Origin: Hemiscyllium ocellatum
Taxonomy: Eukaryota
NCBI RefSeq assembly: GCF_020745735.1
Contig: NC_083440.1
Coordinates: 13,565,138 to 13,629,137, forward strand
DNA: 64,000 nucleotides
Direction: 5' to 3'
In this document: piece by piece, positions 1 to 14,200 of the stretch
Layout: each line of letters starts with the position of its first letter
Position numbering within the stretch: position 1 is the stretch's first letter
Program-made: the position numbers and the translations under genes
The notes under the pieces: model-generated
The model's input: only the letters and a program-made list of their open reading frames with translations
What the model was told of the DNA's origin: nothing
The model's database searches: none

Positions 1-234
1 TAAGTAAGGCAAAAAAAAACAAATGAAAAGGCACCAGATATGCATCATGGGACTGCTAGAGCTGGTCTTGTGTTGTCAATCTCTATCCCAAGGTCTAGCT
101 GTTCAATCGTCTCTAAGCCTTCAGCGCCTCCTGCTGATACAACTTGCAACTTTCCATTTATAAAATGAAAATATACTACAGAAGCAATTTGAAGTTGTGG
201 TATGAAATTGATGTAGAAGCACACAGTCCATAAT

Positions 235-2330
235 ACATAGAAACTTATATAGGCCATTCAGCCCATTGAGTTCATTCTGCCATTAAAGGTAGATCTGACA
301 ATTATCGACCCTAATTTCCTGCTTTTCTCCCACAACCTTTGAATATGAATTAAAATCTGTTCGTCCCAATCGAGGATCCACTTAATGATTCAGACTGAGT
401 CAAAGATTCATAGAAACGTACAGCATGGAAACAGACTCCTCGGTCCAACTTATTCTGCGGAACAGATATGCTGATCTGATCACGCCCCATTTGCAAAATG
501 TTGGCCAATTTCCCTCTAAACCCTTCCTTTCCATGTATCCATTCAAATGCATTCTAAAAGATGTCATTGTACCAGCCTTAACCATTTCCTGTGGCAGCTC
601 ACTCCACACAACACCACTCTCTGTGTGAGAAATGTTTGCCCCTTAGTTCACTTATATATCTTTCAGTTCTCACCCTGCACCTATGCTCTCTAGCTCTGGA
701 CTCCCCCACCTCAGAGAACAGACCTTGTCTATTTATCCTACTCATGTCCTTCATGATTTTAATAAAACTTTATAACTTCACCTTGTATGCCTTAATAAGG
801 ACGGTCTCAATCTTCTAAGTTGAAATGCGTGAACGTCTAGTTCACTTATCCCCTCATTAGAAGACAATCCCTCCTGGCTTGGAATCAGCCTCGTGATCAT
901 TCTCTGAACGACTTTAAATGCCAGTCTCTGTTTCCTTACATAAATGATCTAAAACTGTGCACAGAATTCCAAGTGGAGTTCTGGGCTGATAACACAGCAA
1001 CTCTGATGGAACAACAATATAATTCCAAGCCAGGATGCTGCATGGATACAGGGAAGCTTGAAAGGAGTGGTGTTTCCATGAATCTGCTGCCGTTGTCCTT
1101 CGAGGTCGTAAAGGTCAACAGACTCACACTTCAGTATTCACGTAGTTGTTAATGGTACACATGAATATGCAACTTTCAGCAATCATTCCCAATCTATGTC
1201 GCATTTATGTGGAATTAGCATATTGTAGAAGGATACTACACGTTTATTATGCCCCGCCTATTCTATTCTCTAATGGCAATCTCTTGCCTTTTCCCCGTTT
1301 GCCTGCACATCATTCATCACCAAATCAATATTAATTGCCCCTCTTTAACGCTTCTATGTCGACTCTGCCTCTCCCATTTTTCAGGCTGTGCACTGCATAT
1401 CCTAGTTAATCGTAGTGTGAACAAGCTTCATTTCTCACATCACGCTTCTCTTCACATGCACGTCATTGTAAACATATTCCCACTTCCCTGTAACGATTTC
1501 CCCCCTGTCTGAAGTATCCAACAATCATTTATACAGCATATGATGGAGTGAATAAGCTTGATGAAACAAGTGTATATGAAAGGGTTCATTACTCTAAGGA
1601 GTTCTTGCAGTGATTCTTTACCGTTGCACTGGTTGCTTTCCAACAGAATCATCGAGATGTACACAATGGAAGCAGATCCTTGGGTCGAACTCGTCTATGC
1701 AGACCAGGTTTCCTACACGAATCTGGTCTCGTGTTCCAGCTCTTAGCCATATCCTTCCAAACAGTTACCATTCATAAACCCATCCAGATATCTTTTAAAA
1801 GTTACAATTGTGCCAGCCTCCATCCCATCCTCCGTTAGCTTATTTCTTACATGCAATAACGTCTGCTTGAAATAATTGTCCCGATGTCACTTTTATTATT
1901 ATCCCTCTCACCTGAAACTTATGTCCTCCAATTCTGAACTCTCCCACTACAGGGAACATATCTTGTTTATTTTTTTATGACTCTCAAGAATGTATCAGCC
2001 CCCAGCGCCTCAGCGAAACGAGCCTCTGCATGTAGCTCAAATGCCCCTGCTCTGGCAACATGTTTATAAACCGTTCTGAACCCTTTGAAGTTTTACACAG
2101 TCCTTCCTATACGAAAGAGACCTGAATTGCACAAAATATTCCAAAAGTTGCCGAGCTAATGTTCTGAGCAGCTGCAAAATAATCTTGCATGTCCTACACT
2201 TGATACACTCACCAATCCAGGAAAGCATAGTAAGCGCCTTTTTCTTCCCTGTATCGTCACAGTAGGACACCAATAAGCGCAGACTATTGCCCCTAGATTC
2301 ACTCGGAGTCAACTTTTATAAGGGTCTTTT
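235..2330 (-). mobile_element. Cluster of CR1-type LINE fragments, mostly minus strand
   Basis: CR1 3' ends and C-terminal motifs (LLEYFVQF..YRKDCVKLQRVQ; FRMHLNGYMERKGLEG), interspersed with unassigned sequence. Confidence 0.75.
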
Positions 2331-2984
2331 GTGCCGAGCTCAATTGCTGTCTTGATGTCCAAGCGCAGTCAAAATTAGCTAATGTGTAGAGTTCAGCCCT
2401 TTTTCCTATATTTGGAACAAGGCTGATGAATAAGTTTAATCTTTGCAATATCATCCCACGTTCAATCTTGATGACACCTTTCAGTACTTGCTACTAATCG
2501 AGAATGTAGGATTGGGTGCTGCATAGCAAAATTGAATTAGTCCTTTTGTTTAGTGAACAAAGCATAGCTGACTAGTTTTCCATATCATGAGGAAGAGTTG
2601 CAGGACTCCAAGTGTCAAGTCTGATTTCTCTTCACAAATGCTGCCAGACCTGCTAGCTTTTCCAAAAATTCTGTTTTTGTTTTACTTTTACACATTGTTG
2701 GCTATATGCCCAATTTGTAACCGTGCAAGGTAAGCTTGGTCAGGTAGCAAATCCTTCTGAGCAAAGGTCCGCAGTCATATTGATCGAGTGTTGTCAAAGT
2801 CTAGTGATGTGTTCCATTGCTAGCAGTGCAACTTGCGTTGTGTATTCACAGTATTCTGTCTTCTGCACAGATATCTAAGTCCGGTTTAACCGCAGTTAGT
2901 GGAGCCAGAACTGAACACAATGTTACAGGTGTTTCATAACCAATAGGTATGGACACAGAATGGAATCATTATCGAGTTAAACTC

Positions 2985-3522
2985 TTTGGAGAGAGGTTGT
3001 ATCCAAAATGCTGGTTAAATGGTGGCAAATGGATGTCAAGTCCTGTGGTTTAAAAAGGTTACCAGGGATAAGACAGGAAATTACACGCATCTTGAGCCTC
3101 TCATCAGTGGTAAGGACATGTTTGGAAAAGATTCTCATTGACAAGATCCATAAAAATGTAGAAGCAAATGGGCTGGTTAGCGACAAATAACATGGTTTTC
3201 TATAGGGGAGGTCGGGCCTCAGTAACTTAATCGAGTTTTTTTTAAGGAGTTGATGCAAATGATTGATGAGGGAAAAGTGGTAGATGTTGACTATATGGAA
3301 TGTAATAAAGCATTTGACAAGGTCCCTCATGGTAGACTGGTACAAATTGTGAAGTCACATGGTATCAGAGGGTTCCTGTCAAAATAGATACACAACTGGC
3401 TTAGTCATAGGAGATAGAGGGTAGTGGTGAAGATGCTTTTCACAATGGACGGCTGTAACTAGTGCTGTTCCATAGAGATCAGTGTTTGGACATCTGCTGT
3501 TGGTGATCTATGTAACTGATTT
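2985..3522 (+). mobile_element. Older CR1 RT fragment, left part (continues at 7615)
   Basis: RT motifs (QHGF-like, YMEC..KAFDKV, LVIYVTDL) interrupted by the full-length CR1. Confidence 0.8.
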
Positions 3523-6500
3523 GCCGACATATCCGAGGCAGGAGTGAAGGACTTCTCGGAAGGTGAGTCTAACGGTTTAAAACACTTATTTCCAGCGTCA
3601 GGACATCCATTTGCCGAGAGGTTCGAGGGAGGAGCGAAGGACTTCTGGGAAGGTAAGTCTAACATTTTAAAACACTCACTACAGGTGTCGGGACCTCCAT
3701 TTGCTGAGAGGTGCGAGGGAGGAGCGAAGGACTTCTGGGAAAGTTTTAAGTGGGTGAGATCTAAACCGGAGACGCTACACCTTAGGGCCTCCCTCCCAGC
3801 CACCTCCTCTAAACTTACTAAGAGTCTGTAAACGAGGTAGGTTTTCAGGTTTCTATTTTTTTCTTCTCTTCCTTTGTTTAGTTCTGTGTGGGCTTTCACA
3901 GTAGCGGGATATGGCTGTAAGGGCAGTTGCATGTTGCTCATGCAGAATGTGGCAGGTGAGAGACACGTCACATGTCTCTGCTGAATACATCTGCAGTAAG
4001 TGCACCCAACTCCATCTCCTCCAAAACAGATTTAGGGAACTGGAGCTAGAGCTGGATGAACTGCGGATCATTCAGGATGCTCGGGGGAAATGGAAAGGAT
4101 ATACAGGGAGGTGGAAACTCCCCAGACACAAGATAAGGACAGCTGGGTTACAATCGAGGGAGGAAAGGGAGCCAACGGTCAGAGCAGGGATGCTCTGTAG
4201 CCGTTCCCCTCAACAATAAGTATACATTTTTTGGATACTGATTCTTGGAAAGGCCTACTGGGGAAAGCCATAGTTGTCAGGTGTCTGTCACTGAGCCTGG
4301 CACTGTGGCTCAGAAGGGAAGGGGAGAAAATAGAAAAGTGCTAGTGGTACGGGACCAAATAGATGGACTTACAACAGGCTTTGTGGAAAGGAACGGGACT
4401 CCCGAATGGTATGTTGCTTCCCTGGTGCCAGTGTCCGGGATATTGCCGATCGAGTTTACAAGAGTCTGAAGAGGGAGGGTGAGCAGCCAGAAATCGTGGT
4501 ACATATTGGCACCAATGATATAGCCCGGAAAGGGATTGAGGATCTTAAAAGTGACTACAGAGATTTAGGTTGGAAACTCAAGAGCAGGACGAATAGAATA
4601 GTGACCTCAGGTTTGCTACCGATGCCATGAGATCGTGAGAGGAGCAATAGTCAGTAAATGCAGCTTAATACGTGGCTGCGAGGCTGGTGCAGGAGGGAGG
4701 GCTTCAGATACCAAGACCATTGGGATACGTTCTGGGGAAGGTGGGACCTGCACATGAAGGACGGGTAGCACCTGAACTGGAGGGGTGCAAATGTCCTGGG
4801 TGGGAGATTTGCTCGTGCTATTCAGGAGGGTTTAAACTATTTTGGCAGGAGGGTGGGAATCATAGTCATATATCTGAGAGGGGATCAGTTGCACACAGGA
4901 CAGTGACAGGATATATTGAATCTACTACGAAGGTTTCTCACCCGATGAAAGAGAGGGATTGGTTAAAATGTGTCTGCTTTCATGCAAGGAATAAGAGTGA
5001 TGAACTCAGAGCATGGATCAGGACTTGGGGCTACGACGTTGTGGCCATAACGGAGACTTGGGTTTCACAGGGGCAGGAATGGTTGTTTGATGTTCCAGGG
5101 TTTAGAACGTTTAAAAAGAACGTAGGGTGGAAAAAGAGGAGAGGTTGCCGCATTGCTAATCAGAGAGTACATCACTGCTACAGAAACGAAGGTTGTTGAG
5201 GAAGGTTTGTCTACTGAGTCAGTATGGGTGGAAGTTAGGAACAGCAAGAGAATAGCCTCTGCATTGGGGGTTTTCTACAGACTACAGTAGAGAATTTGAG
5301 AGATAGAAGATCTCATAGGCAAGCAGATTCTGAAAAAATGCAAAAGTAGCAGGGTTGTTGTTGTGCATGATTTTAACTTTCCCAATATTGACTAAAACCT
5401 CCTAAGTGCAGATGATTTGGAAGGAGCCGTTTTTGTCAGGTGTGTTCAGGAGCGTTTCCTTACTCAGTATGTGGACAGGACGACGAAGGGAGAGGCCATT
5501 TTGAGTTGGTGCTCAGCAACGAGCCAGGACAGGTGTCAGATCTCGCAGTGGGAGCGCACTTCGGTGAAAGTGATCGTAATTGCCTCACATTTAGCATAGC
5601 CTTGGAGAGTGAAAGGAGCAGTTCCTGAAGGAAGATATTTAATTGAGGAAAAGAAAATTATGACGCTATCAGGCAGGAGTTGGGAAGTACAGATTGGGAG
5701 CAACCGTTCCACAGAAAGGGCACAGCAGATATGCAGAGATGATCAAAGGAACGGTTGTTGCGAGTGATGCACAAATTTGTTTCCATGAAACAGGTAAGAA
5801 GGGTGAGATTAAGGAACCTTGGATGACGAGAGGAGAGGAACTTCTCATCAAAAGGAAGAAGGCAGCTTACGTAAGGTGGAGGAAGCAAGGATCTAGCACA
5901 GCATTAGAGAATTGCATGCTTGCGAGAAAGGAGCTCAGAAATGGACTGAGGAGAGCCAGTAGAGGGCACGAAACATTCTTGACAAGACGTATTCGGGAGA
6001 ACCAAAAAAAGCATTTTAGTCATAACTGAGAAATAATAGACTGATCAGGGAGATGATTGGGCTGAACTGAAGTTGAGGTGCTAGTAAGTTTGGAAAACAT
6101 TAAGATTGAAAAGTCCCCAGGGCAGACCAGACTTTCCTAGGCTGCTCCGGGAAGCGAAAAAGGAGGTTGCTAAGCCACTGGTGAGGATATTTGCTTCCTC
6201 ACTCTCCACGGGAGTCGTACTGGAAGATTGGAAGGAGGCAAACGCTGTTCCACTTTTCAAGAAAGGTAATATGGAAATCCCTGGCAATAACAGACCAGTA
6301 AGTCTTACATCTGTGGTCAGCAAATTTATGGAAAGAATTCGGAGGGATATAATTTATGTCTACTTGGCAAAGCATAGTGTGACTAAAGGCAGTCGGCATG
6401 GCTTTGTGAGGGGCAGGCCATGCTTCACAAATCTTATTAAGTTATTTGAGGAGGTGTCAAGGCAGGTCGCCGACGGTCGAGCAGTGGATGTGGTGTATAT

Positions 6501-7614
6501 GGATTTTAGAAAGGCATTTGATAGGGTTCCACATGGTAAGCTCATTCATATAGTCAGGAAGTATATTATAGAATTAGCTGGCTGTCAAAGGCAGAGAGTG
6601 GTTGTAGATGGGAAGTGTTCTGCCTGGAGGACAACGATGAGTGGTGCCCCACAGGGCCCTGATCTTGGGCCTCTGCTCTTTGCAGTTTTTATAAATGACT
6701 TGGATGAGGAGGCTGAGGGTGGGTTAGTAAACGTGCAGATGCCACAAATGTTGGAGGTGTCATCGATAGTATAGAGGGCTACTGCAGGCTGCAGCGCGAC
6801 ATAGAAAGGATGCAGAGCTGGGCTGAGAAATGGCAGATGGAGTACAATCTGTATCACTGCAAAGTGATGCATTTTGGAAGGTCGAACTCGTATGCTGAAT
6901 ATGGCAATAAAGACAGAATACTTGGCAGAGTGGAAGAACAGGATCTCAGTGTCCAAGTACATAGATCCATCAAACTTGCCAGCCAAGTGGGTAGAGTTGT
7001 TGAGAAAGCATATGGCGTTTTGGCGTTCATTAACAGAAGAGCCGTGAGGTTTTGCTGCTGAAGTCCCTGGTGAGACCACACTTGGAATTTTGTGTCCAGT
7101 TCAGGTCGTCCTACTATAAGAAAGATACAGAGGCTTTGGTGATGTTACAAAGAAGGTTTACCAGGATACTGCCTCGACTGGAGCGCTGGCCTTATGAAGA
7201 AATGTTGAATGAGCTCAGACCTTTCTTTCTGTAGAGAAGGCGGAAGAGAGGAGACCTGATCGAGGTGTACAAAACTACGAGAATAATGGTCAGAGTCAAT
7301 GGCTAGAGACTTTTCCCCAGAGCAGTATTGACTAGTACAAGAAGTCACAGTTTGAAGATATTAGGAGGAATGTATAAAGGAGACATCAGAGGTAAATTCT
7401 TTGTGCAGAGTTGTGAACGCATGGCCAGTTGAGGTAGTGGAAGCGAAGGCATTGGGGACATTTTAGCGACTGCTGGACATGCACATGGAAAGCAGTGAGT
7501 TGAGGGGTGTGCAGATTAAGTTACTATATTTTACTTCTGGATTAAGTCTTGGCACAACATCGTGTGCCTAAGGGCCTGTTCTGTGCTGTCCATTTCTATG
7601 TTCTATGTTTTATG
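3520..7614 (+). mobile_element. Near full-length decayed CR1 LINE (ORF1 zinc-finger/coiled-coil plus SGNH esterase; ORF2 APE-RT)
   Basis: ORF1 CCSCRMW..CSKC..LELELDELR and CFPGA..VVHIGTND. APE VVAITETW. RT WKEANAVPLFKKG..RPVSLTSVV..VDVVYMDFRKAFD. (TTCTATG)n tail. Confidence 0.92.
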
Positions 7615-8550
7615 AAAGTGTAGATGATCTAATTATCAAGTATGCAGATGATGCAATTATTGGTGGAGTTCAGGCTCATGAGAAGAATTGTCAGAGGATG
7701 CAGCAGGATAGAGATCAGTTGGAGGTAAGTGCAGAAGAAGAGAAAATGGAGTTTAATCCAGATAAATTTGAGGTGATGCAGTTTGGAAGGTCAAGAACAG
7801 ATGAAAATTAGACAGTGATTGGTAGACATTTAGGAGCATTGATATACATAGACCTGGGTGCGCGGGTCGACAGATCACTGAAGGTGGTAGTGCAGGTAGA
7901 TAATGATTTTCAAAAGTCTATAGCATGGTTACCTTCATTGAAAACGATATTTGTTATAAAGATGGGAAAGTTATGCAGTAGCTTTCCAGAGATTTAGTTA
8001 AGCCATACTTGGGTATATTGCGCAAATTTCTGATCACCACAATTCCAAAAGAATGTGCATGTTTTGGAGAGGGTACAAAAAGTGCTTGCAAGGATACTGC
8101 TTGTTATGGGTAATTACAGATATGAGGAAAGAATAGATAGAGAGGGTTTGTTTTCACTGGAATGCAGGAGTTGGGGATGACGTAAGAGAGTGTTCATAGC
8201 AATGTGACTGGCATTGATAGATTAGAAAGTAAGAGGTTTCTTCCCATGGTGGAGGGGTTAATTACTAATGAATACACCTTCAAACTGCGCGAGGGGCAAT
8301 TTAATGGAGGTGCACGAGCCAGCATTTTCACGCAATGGAAGGTCATGACCTTGAAGGTGTTACAAGAGCAGGTGACAGAAACCGACGCAGTACCATCTTT
8401 CAAGAGCCACACGGGCGAATACCTGAACAAGAAGAGAATAGAAGGATACTGATCCTCTATTTGAGGACATTATAAGTATGGATGTGTAACATGTGCCGAT
8501 TCAGGCTTGGAAAGATGTGTTCCTGTGTTTTACTGTTCTTCATTCTTTTC
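7615..8550 (+). mobile_element. Older CR1 RT/3' end, right part
   Basis: Resumes ESVDDLIIKYADD, then CR1 C-terminal domain and 3' UTR. Confidence 0.8.
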
Positions 8551-9194
8551 TTCTAGCTAGGTGAAAAGTGCTCCAGATGTTATCAAGCTAAGACGTATGA
8601 AGACCATTTTGAAGGAGAGTCATACCAGTCTGAAAACATTAACTGTGTCTGTCTCTCCACAGAAGTTTTCGGATCTGGTGAGTTTCTCCAGTATTACCTG
8701 TCTTGTTTTAAATGTGCAGATTCCCACTTTATGTTGATTTTAAGTAGGGGCATAATTAGAATCAATACTCCTGATGTATTATTACCAAGCTATCTGAACA
8801 TTATATGATGCAATCTCAAGAAAGTATCTGCACATCAGACTGCGCACAGTGCTCTAACAGGAGGCATTGGTGACGCATTAGTGGTGACTTTATCTCTGAA
8901 CCAGGAAATCCATCTGATACGGAGGCGTGGAAGAGCAGTTATGACCCGATTGATTAAGAATTATATAAGAACATATCTGTGGATCATGTGGCATTGATCA
9001 GGAGTACCACTTAACTAGAGGAACTTTGGCATTTGAGCTGTTACTGGTGATCCAGTGAGCTCACCGTTGTGGGAATCAGAGATGAGCTTTATATGATTCC
9101 AACAGCTTTCACCCCCTTGAAACTGGTGAAGCCCAGTTGGAGATTTTGTACACCAGATCCCTTCGTTTCTGCTGTTGGTCAAATTGGACACTTG

Positions 9195-10500
9195 AATGAA
9201 AGGTAATGCTGGCAAAACTAAGGAACAATGGATAAATAAAGATATTGAGGCTATAGTCAAGAAAAAAGAGACAACTTGTTCAACTGAATCTGTTAATCAA
9301 TATAAAGACTTAAAGCACATTCTTAAGAAAGAAATCAGGACTACAAGCAGGATATACGAGCTAGCATTTCGTACATCATGTTAAGGATATTCCAAAGAGA
9401 TTGTACAAATTGAAAGAAAAAGGGTAGGATACTTTACTCATCAAGGAGGTTATCTTTGTTTCGAACTGCAGGAGATGGAAGAGGTACTGCATGAATATTT
9501 CGCCATATTTTTTACTCTGGAGACAGAAATTAAGTCTAGAGAATACAGAGAAATAGATTTTGACATGGTCTAAACTGTTAAAAAAAACAGAAGTGGACGT
9601 TCTGGAGGACTTAGAGAATGTCAAGTTGTATACAGTTTTGGGACCTGACTCAATGTGTCAAAGAACGTTGTGAAATCAGGGAGGAAATTGGAAACTCGAA
9701 ATGTTTCCATCATCTATTACTACGGGTGAGGTGCTTGATGACTGGAGGGTGGTAAATCTTTTATCTTTGCTTCTGAAATGTTGTAAAGAAAAAATAGGGA
9801 ACAAGAGACTTATGTGTCCAACTTCGCTTGTGGAGAAATTTTTGAAGGTGATTCTCAAAGGTAGGATTTTTTGGACATTTAGAGAGATAAAAAAAACATT
9901 AGGAATAGTGAGCATGGATTTTGCGAAGCAAGTTATGTCTCACGAAAGTGAATGTGATTTTTGAGGAAGTTACCAAAATATGGATAATTGCAAAGCAGTA
10001 GGTGGTGTCTACTGGGACTTTGGCAATGCATTCGACAAAATTCCTCATGCTGCGCTAATTAGTAAAGTTAAGTCATGTGAGATTTAGGATGAGCTTGCCT
10101 CGTGGTCACAAAAATGTCTTGAGACAAAGGGTGATGTTGGAGTGTTGCTTTTCATAAAGGAGGCCAGTCATCAATGATGGTCCAGCAGGATTGGTTCCTG
10201 GTATTCCTTGACATTTATATAAGTGATTTGGATAAGGATATAGAATGCATGGAAAGTAAGGTTGTGGACAACATCAAGATTGGTGTGAGTTTAGACAATG
10301 TAGAGATTTGACTAAGATTACAAAAAGATCTCGATGAAACGAATCAATTGGATGAAGAATTGCAGAGTTAGTTCGATCTGGATAAATGCGAGGTATTGCA
10401 TTTTGGTACACCAAACAAAGATAGGGCTTACATAATCAACGGTAGGACTTTTGATGACGTTGTACAACAGAAATACTACGGGGTGGAGATACGCTGTTCT
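9195..10500 (+). mobile_element. Old CR1 ORF2 fragment
   Basis: GEVLDDWRVVN.., PTSLVEKFLK, DFGNAFDK-like RT motifs with many stops. Confidence 0.8.
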
Positions 10501-10689
10501 TTAAATAAAGTTTCGAAAAAGACAAGAGGGGTTAACTTATTTGTACATATGTGCATCTCATAGCAAATGAGAATACCAAGGAACTGGCGGATGTATGTAC
10601 AATTACACCATGAAAACCATGATCAGTTCTTTAGTTTTACCGCCACTGAAAAAGCTGTTGTTAAAATTACGCTATGGAAACAAGCCCTC

Positions 10690-11270
10690 TCACTCCTTTC
10701 AGTATTCTGACTCATCATTGGTGGATATTCTTCTTACCACAATAGTGCCAACAGCAACGTTGTAGGTGGTGTTCATTAGGAATTTGGCAACATAGTTTGG
10801 GTGTGCAGAGATTGCATTAAGGATGTTAAAACGCAACCTTGGAGGGGTCCAGTGTTGTGTGTTAACGTGGAGGAGGTTTAGTTGTCTATTTTCATTGATT
10901 GTGGTCAAAGGATTTAATGTCTGAGGATCCAGTTGCAAGGATGGAGCCAAGCACTAGGTCTCAGATTTTTAAAATCAGTTTATAGGGGATAATGGTGTTG
11001 AAGATGGAGGTATATTCGATGAGCAGGAGTCCGACCTAGGCGTCCTTATTGTCCAGATGTTACAAGGATGCGTGCAGGGACACAGAAATGACAACTGCTG
11101 TGAACCTGTTGCGTCTGTTGGCAAAGTGCAGGGGACCAAGTCAATCTTGGAAACTAGAGTTGCAGTGGAAAATTAACAGCCTCTCAAAGCACTGCAAGGT
11201 TATGGAGGTCAGAACGACAGTCTCACAGTCATTAAGGGTAGTTGCATGGGCTTTCTTCGTACTGGCATGA
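10690..11270 (-). mobile_element. Rex1/Babar-like LINE RT fragment
   Basis: TTLNDCETVVLTSITLQCFERL, LQLDPQT and FIDCG..FNV resemble Rex1-type LNDYRPVALT..KCFERL, LDPLQ, FIDYSSAFNT. Confidence 0.65.
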
Positions 11271-11279
11271 TGGTCGTCT

Positions 11280-14200
11280 GAATTGGGAGTCCCGCATGCT
11301 ACATTGCCTGCCCGGTGTGATGGTGCAGGGCATCCGTGACTGGCTAGAAAAGACATTGGAGAGGGAGGAAGAGGATCCAGCTGTTGTGATCCACTTTGGC
11401 ACAAACAACACAGTCAAAGCTGGGAAGGAGGGCCTGTTTGGGGAGTATCAAGCACTGGGAAGGAAATTGAAGAGATCCTCGAGGGTCAGAATCTCGAGAT
11501 TACTGCCCGAGTCACGTGCTAATTGGCGGAGTGAGACGAAAATTAGGGAAGTGAACAAGTGGCTAAGAGATTTGTCTGGGACATTGGCATTAGGTTTTGA
11601 AAAGGGGCGATCTGTACCATTGGGACTGTCTCCACTTGAACTAGTCTGGAACCAATTTCTGTTGAAAGGATAAATAGTGTTGTCTATAAACTTGTGAGTG
11701 GGGGAAGGGAAAGGGAAAGCAACAGGGAGCATGGAGTCAAGTGGAAGGATAAGCAGCAGGCTAACATTTGAGCATGTCTTACGTTCGAGGCAGACTAGGA
11801 AAGAATAACTTAGGACATATTACTAGAGGTGATGGAAATCATGAGGATGAGAAAATTAAAATTAATGTTCCTAGAACATAGAACATAGAACATAGACAGT
11901 TCCTGTCCTGAATGCTCGGAATATTCGTAACAAAGCAGATGAATCCACAGCACAAATCATCGTCAATGATTATGATGTGATAGGCGTCACAGAGACGTGG
12001 TTACAGGGGGTCCAGGACTGGCATTTAAATATTGAAGCATTAAGTCAGGCTGGTAGGCAGAGGGGTCGGGGCTGCCTTGTTAGTTACGAATGAAATTATA
12101 TCTATGGTACTGAATGGCATAGGTTCAGGTGATGTGTAGTCTGTGTGGATGCAGTTGAGGAACCATAAAAGCAAGCATAATCTCTATGGGAATTATGTTC
12201 AGACCTCTCAGGAGTGGCCAGGACTAGGGGTGCAAGATATACCAGGAAATAGATTGGACATTTCAGAAATGCAAGATAATCGTGATCATGGGCGACTTCA
12301 ATATGTCAATATTCTGAGTGAATAATGTTGCCGGTGGATCCACCGAAGGGGAATTCATGGAATTCTTACAAGATGGTATTTTGGAGCAACTTGTGATGGA
12401 GGCTACAATGGACCAGACTATTCTATACTTAGTAATATGTAATGAGCTAGACTTCATAAAAGGTCTTAAAGTAAGGGAACACTTAGTAGGCAGCGATCAT
12501 AATATGGTAGAGTTCAATCTGCAGTGGAAAGACAAAAGGCAAAATCGGATGTAATAGTGTTACAGTTAAATAAAGGTAATTACAATAGCATGATAGAGGA
12601 ACTGACGTATATTGACTGAAAAGGCAGTGCCAATAGTGGAAACAGTAGAGCAACAATGGCAAGATTTTCTGGTTGTAAAGGAAGATACAATACAGAGGTT
12701 AATCTCAATGAAAACAAAGATTATCTGGAGGAGGTAATAGACAGCCAAGGCTGACAAAATAAGTCAAGAAGTGTATCATGAAAAATAGAGAGCCTACTAA
12801 GTGGCCAAGAACACTGGGAAATCAGAAGATTGGGAAGACTACAAAAATCAAACAGAGTATTTAAAAAATGAGAAAAATAAGGAAGGAGAGAATCGAAAAT
12901 GAAGGTAAGCTAGCCAGTTATATTAGAAATGACAGTAAAAGTTTCTTTCAATACATAATAAACAAACGAGAGGCAAAAGTGGACCGGTCCAAATTGATGC
13001 AGGAAGGCAAGTGATGGAAGATACGGAAATAGCTGAAGAACTTAATAAATACTTTGTGTCAGTCTTCACTGTGGAAAATATGAGTAATATACCAATAATT
13101 AAGGAGTGTCAAGGGGCAGAGTTAGGTACGGTAGCCATTACAAAAGAGGAAGTGCTAGAAAAGCTATAAAGGTCTAAACATTGACAAATAACCTAGCCCT
13201 GATGGGCTACTTCCTAGTATTCTGGGGGTGGTGGCTTAAGAAAGAGCAGAATACTCGGTTGTAATCTTTCAAAAAATACTGGAGCCAGTGAAAGTCCCAG
13301 ATGATTGGAAAAATCGCTGTTTTACCCCCTTTGTTCAAGAACGGATCAAGAAAAAATGATGGAAAACTATATGCCAATTAGCCTAAACATGGTTGTATTT
13401 AAAATTCCAGAACCCATCGTTAAAGATGAGATTTCTAATTTCATGCATGTGCAAGGTCGGACTAGAAGAAGTAAGGGAAGGCTGTGCCTGACAAACCTGC
13501 CAGAATTCTTTTTGAAAAGGTAACAAGTAGGTTAGACCAGGGAAAGCCAACGGATATTATCTACCTAGACTTCCTAAAGGCCTTTGAAATCGTGCCTCAC
13601 ATGAGATTGCTGAATGTGGTGTGGACCCATCGTGTTCGAGGTGAGCTACTGGCAGGAATTGAGGATTAGCTCTCTGACAGAAGGCGGATAGTAGGGATAA
13701 AAAGTTATTTTTCGCAATGGTGGCTTGTGACAAGTGGCGTCCCACAGGAATCAGTGTTGGTGCTGCAGCTATTCACTTTATATATCAATGATCTGGATGA
13801 AGGGACAGAGGGCATTCTGATGAAGTTCGCCAATAATGCGAAGTTAGTGGACAGGCAGGTAGTCCTGAGGAGATGGTTAGACTACAGAATGAATTAGCCA
13901 GTTGAGGAGAATTTGGCAAGACATGACTGATGAAATTCAATGTGAGCAAATGCGAGGTCTTGCACCTTGGATAAAAAAACAATACAGGCATGGACTATTT
14001 TCTAAACGGTGAGATAATTCGTAAAGCCAAAGAACAAAGATATCTGGGTGTGCTAGTACAGTATTCTCTAAAGGTTGAATCTGTGATAAAGAAAGCAAAT
14101 GTAAAGGTCTCATTTATCTCAAGAGGATTCGAATGTAAAAACAGCGATGTGTTACTGAGACTTTACAAAAATATGGTTAGGCCCCATTTAGAATACTGTG

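Noticed and set aside
47-92. Plus-strand leader-like MGLLELVLCCQSLSQ-G
   Set aside because: Weak donor (GTCTAG), the next acceptor gives an immediate stop, and no V exon or RSS follows
3546-3760. CRISPR-like or coding tandem repeat
   Set aside because: 90-bp monomers without unique spacers, in the 5' UTR of a CR1 in a eukaryotic genome
6106-6774. 222-aa RT ORF as an active gene
   Set aside because: Fragment of a frameshifted, stop-containing CR1 ORF2
8845-8900. CACAGTG as a D/J RSS
   Set aside because: No nonamer at 12 or 23 nt and no FGxG J motif on either strand
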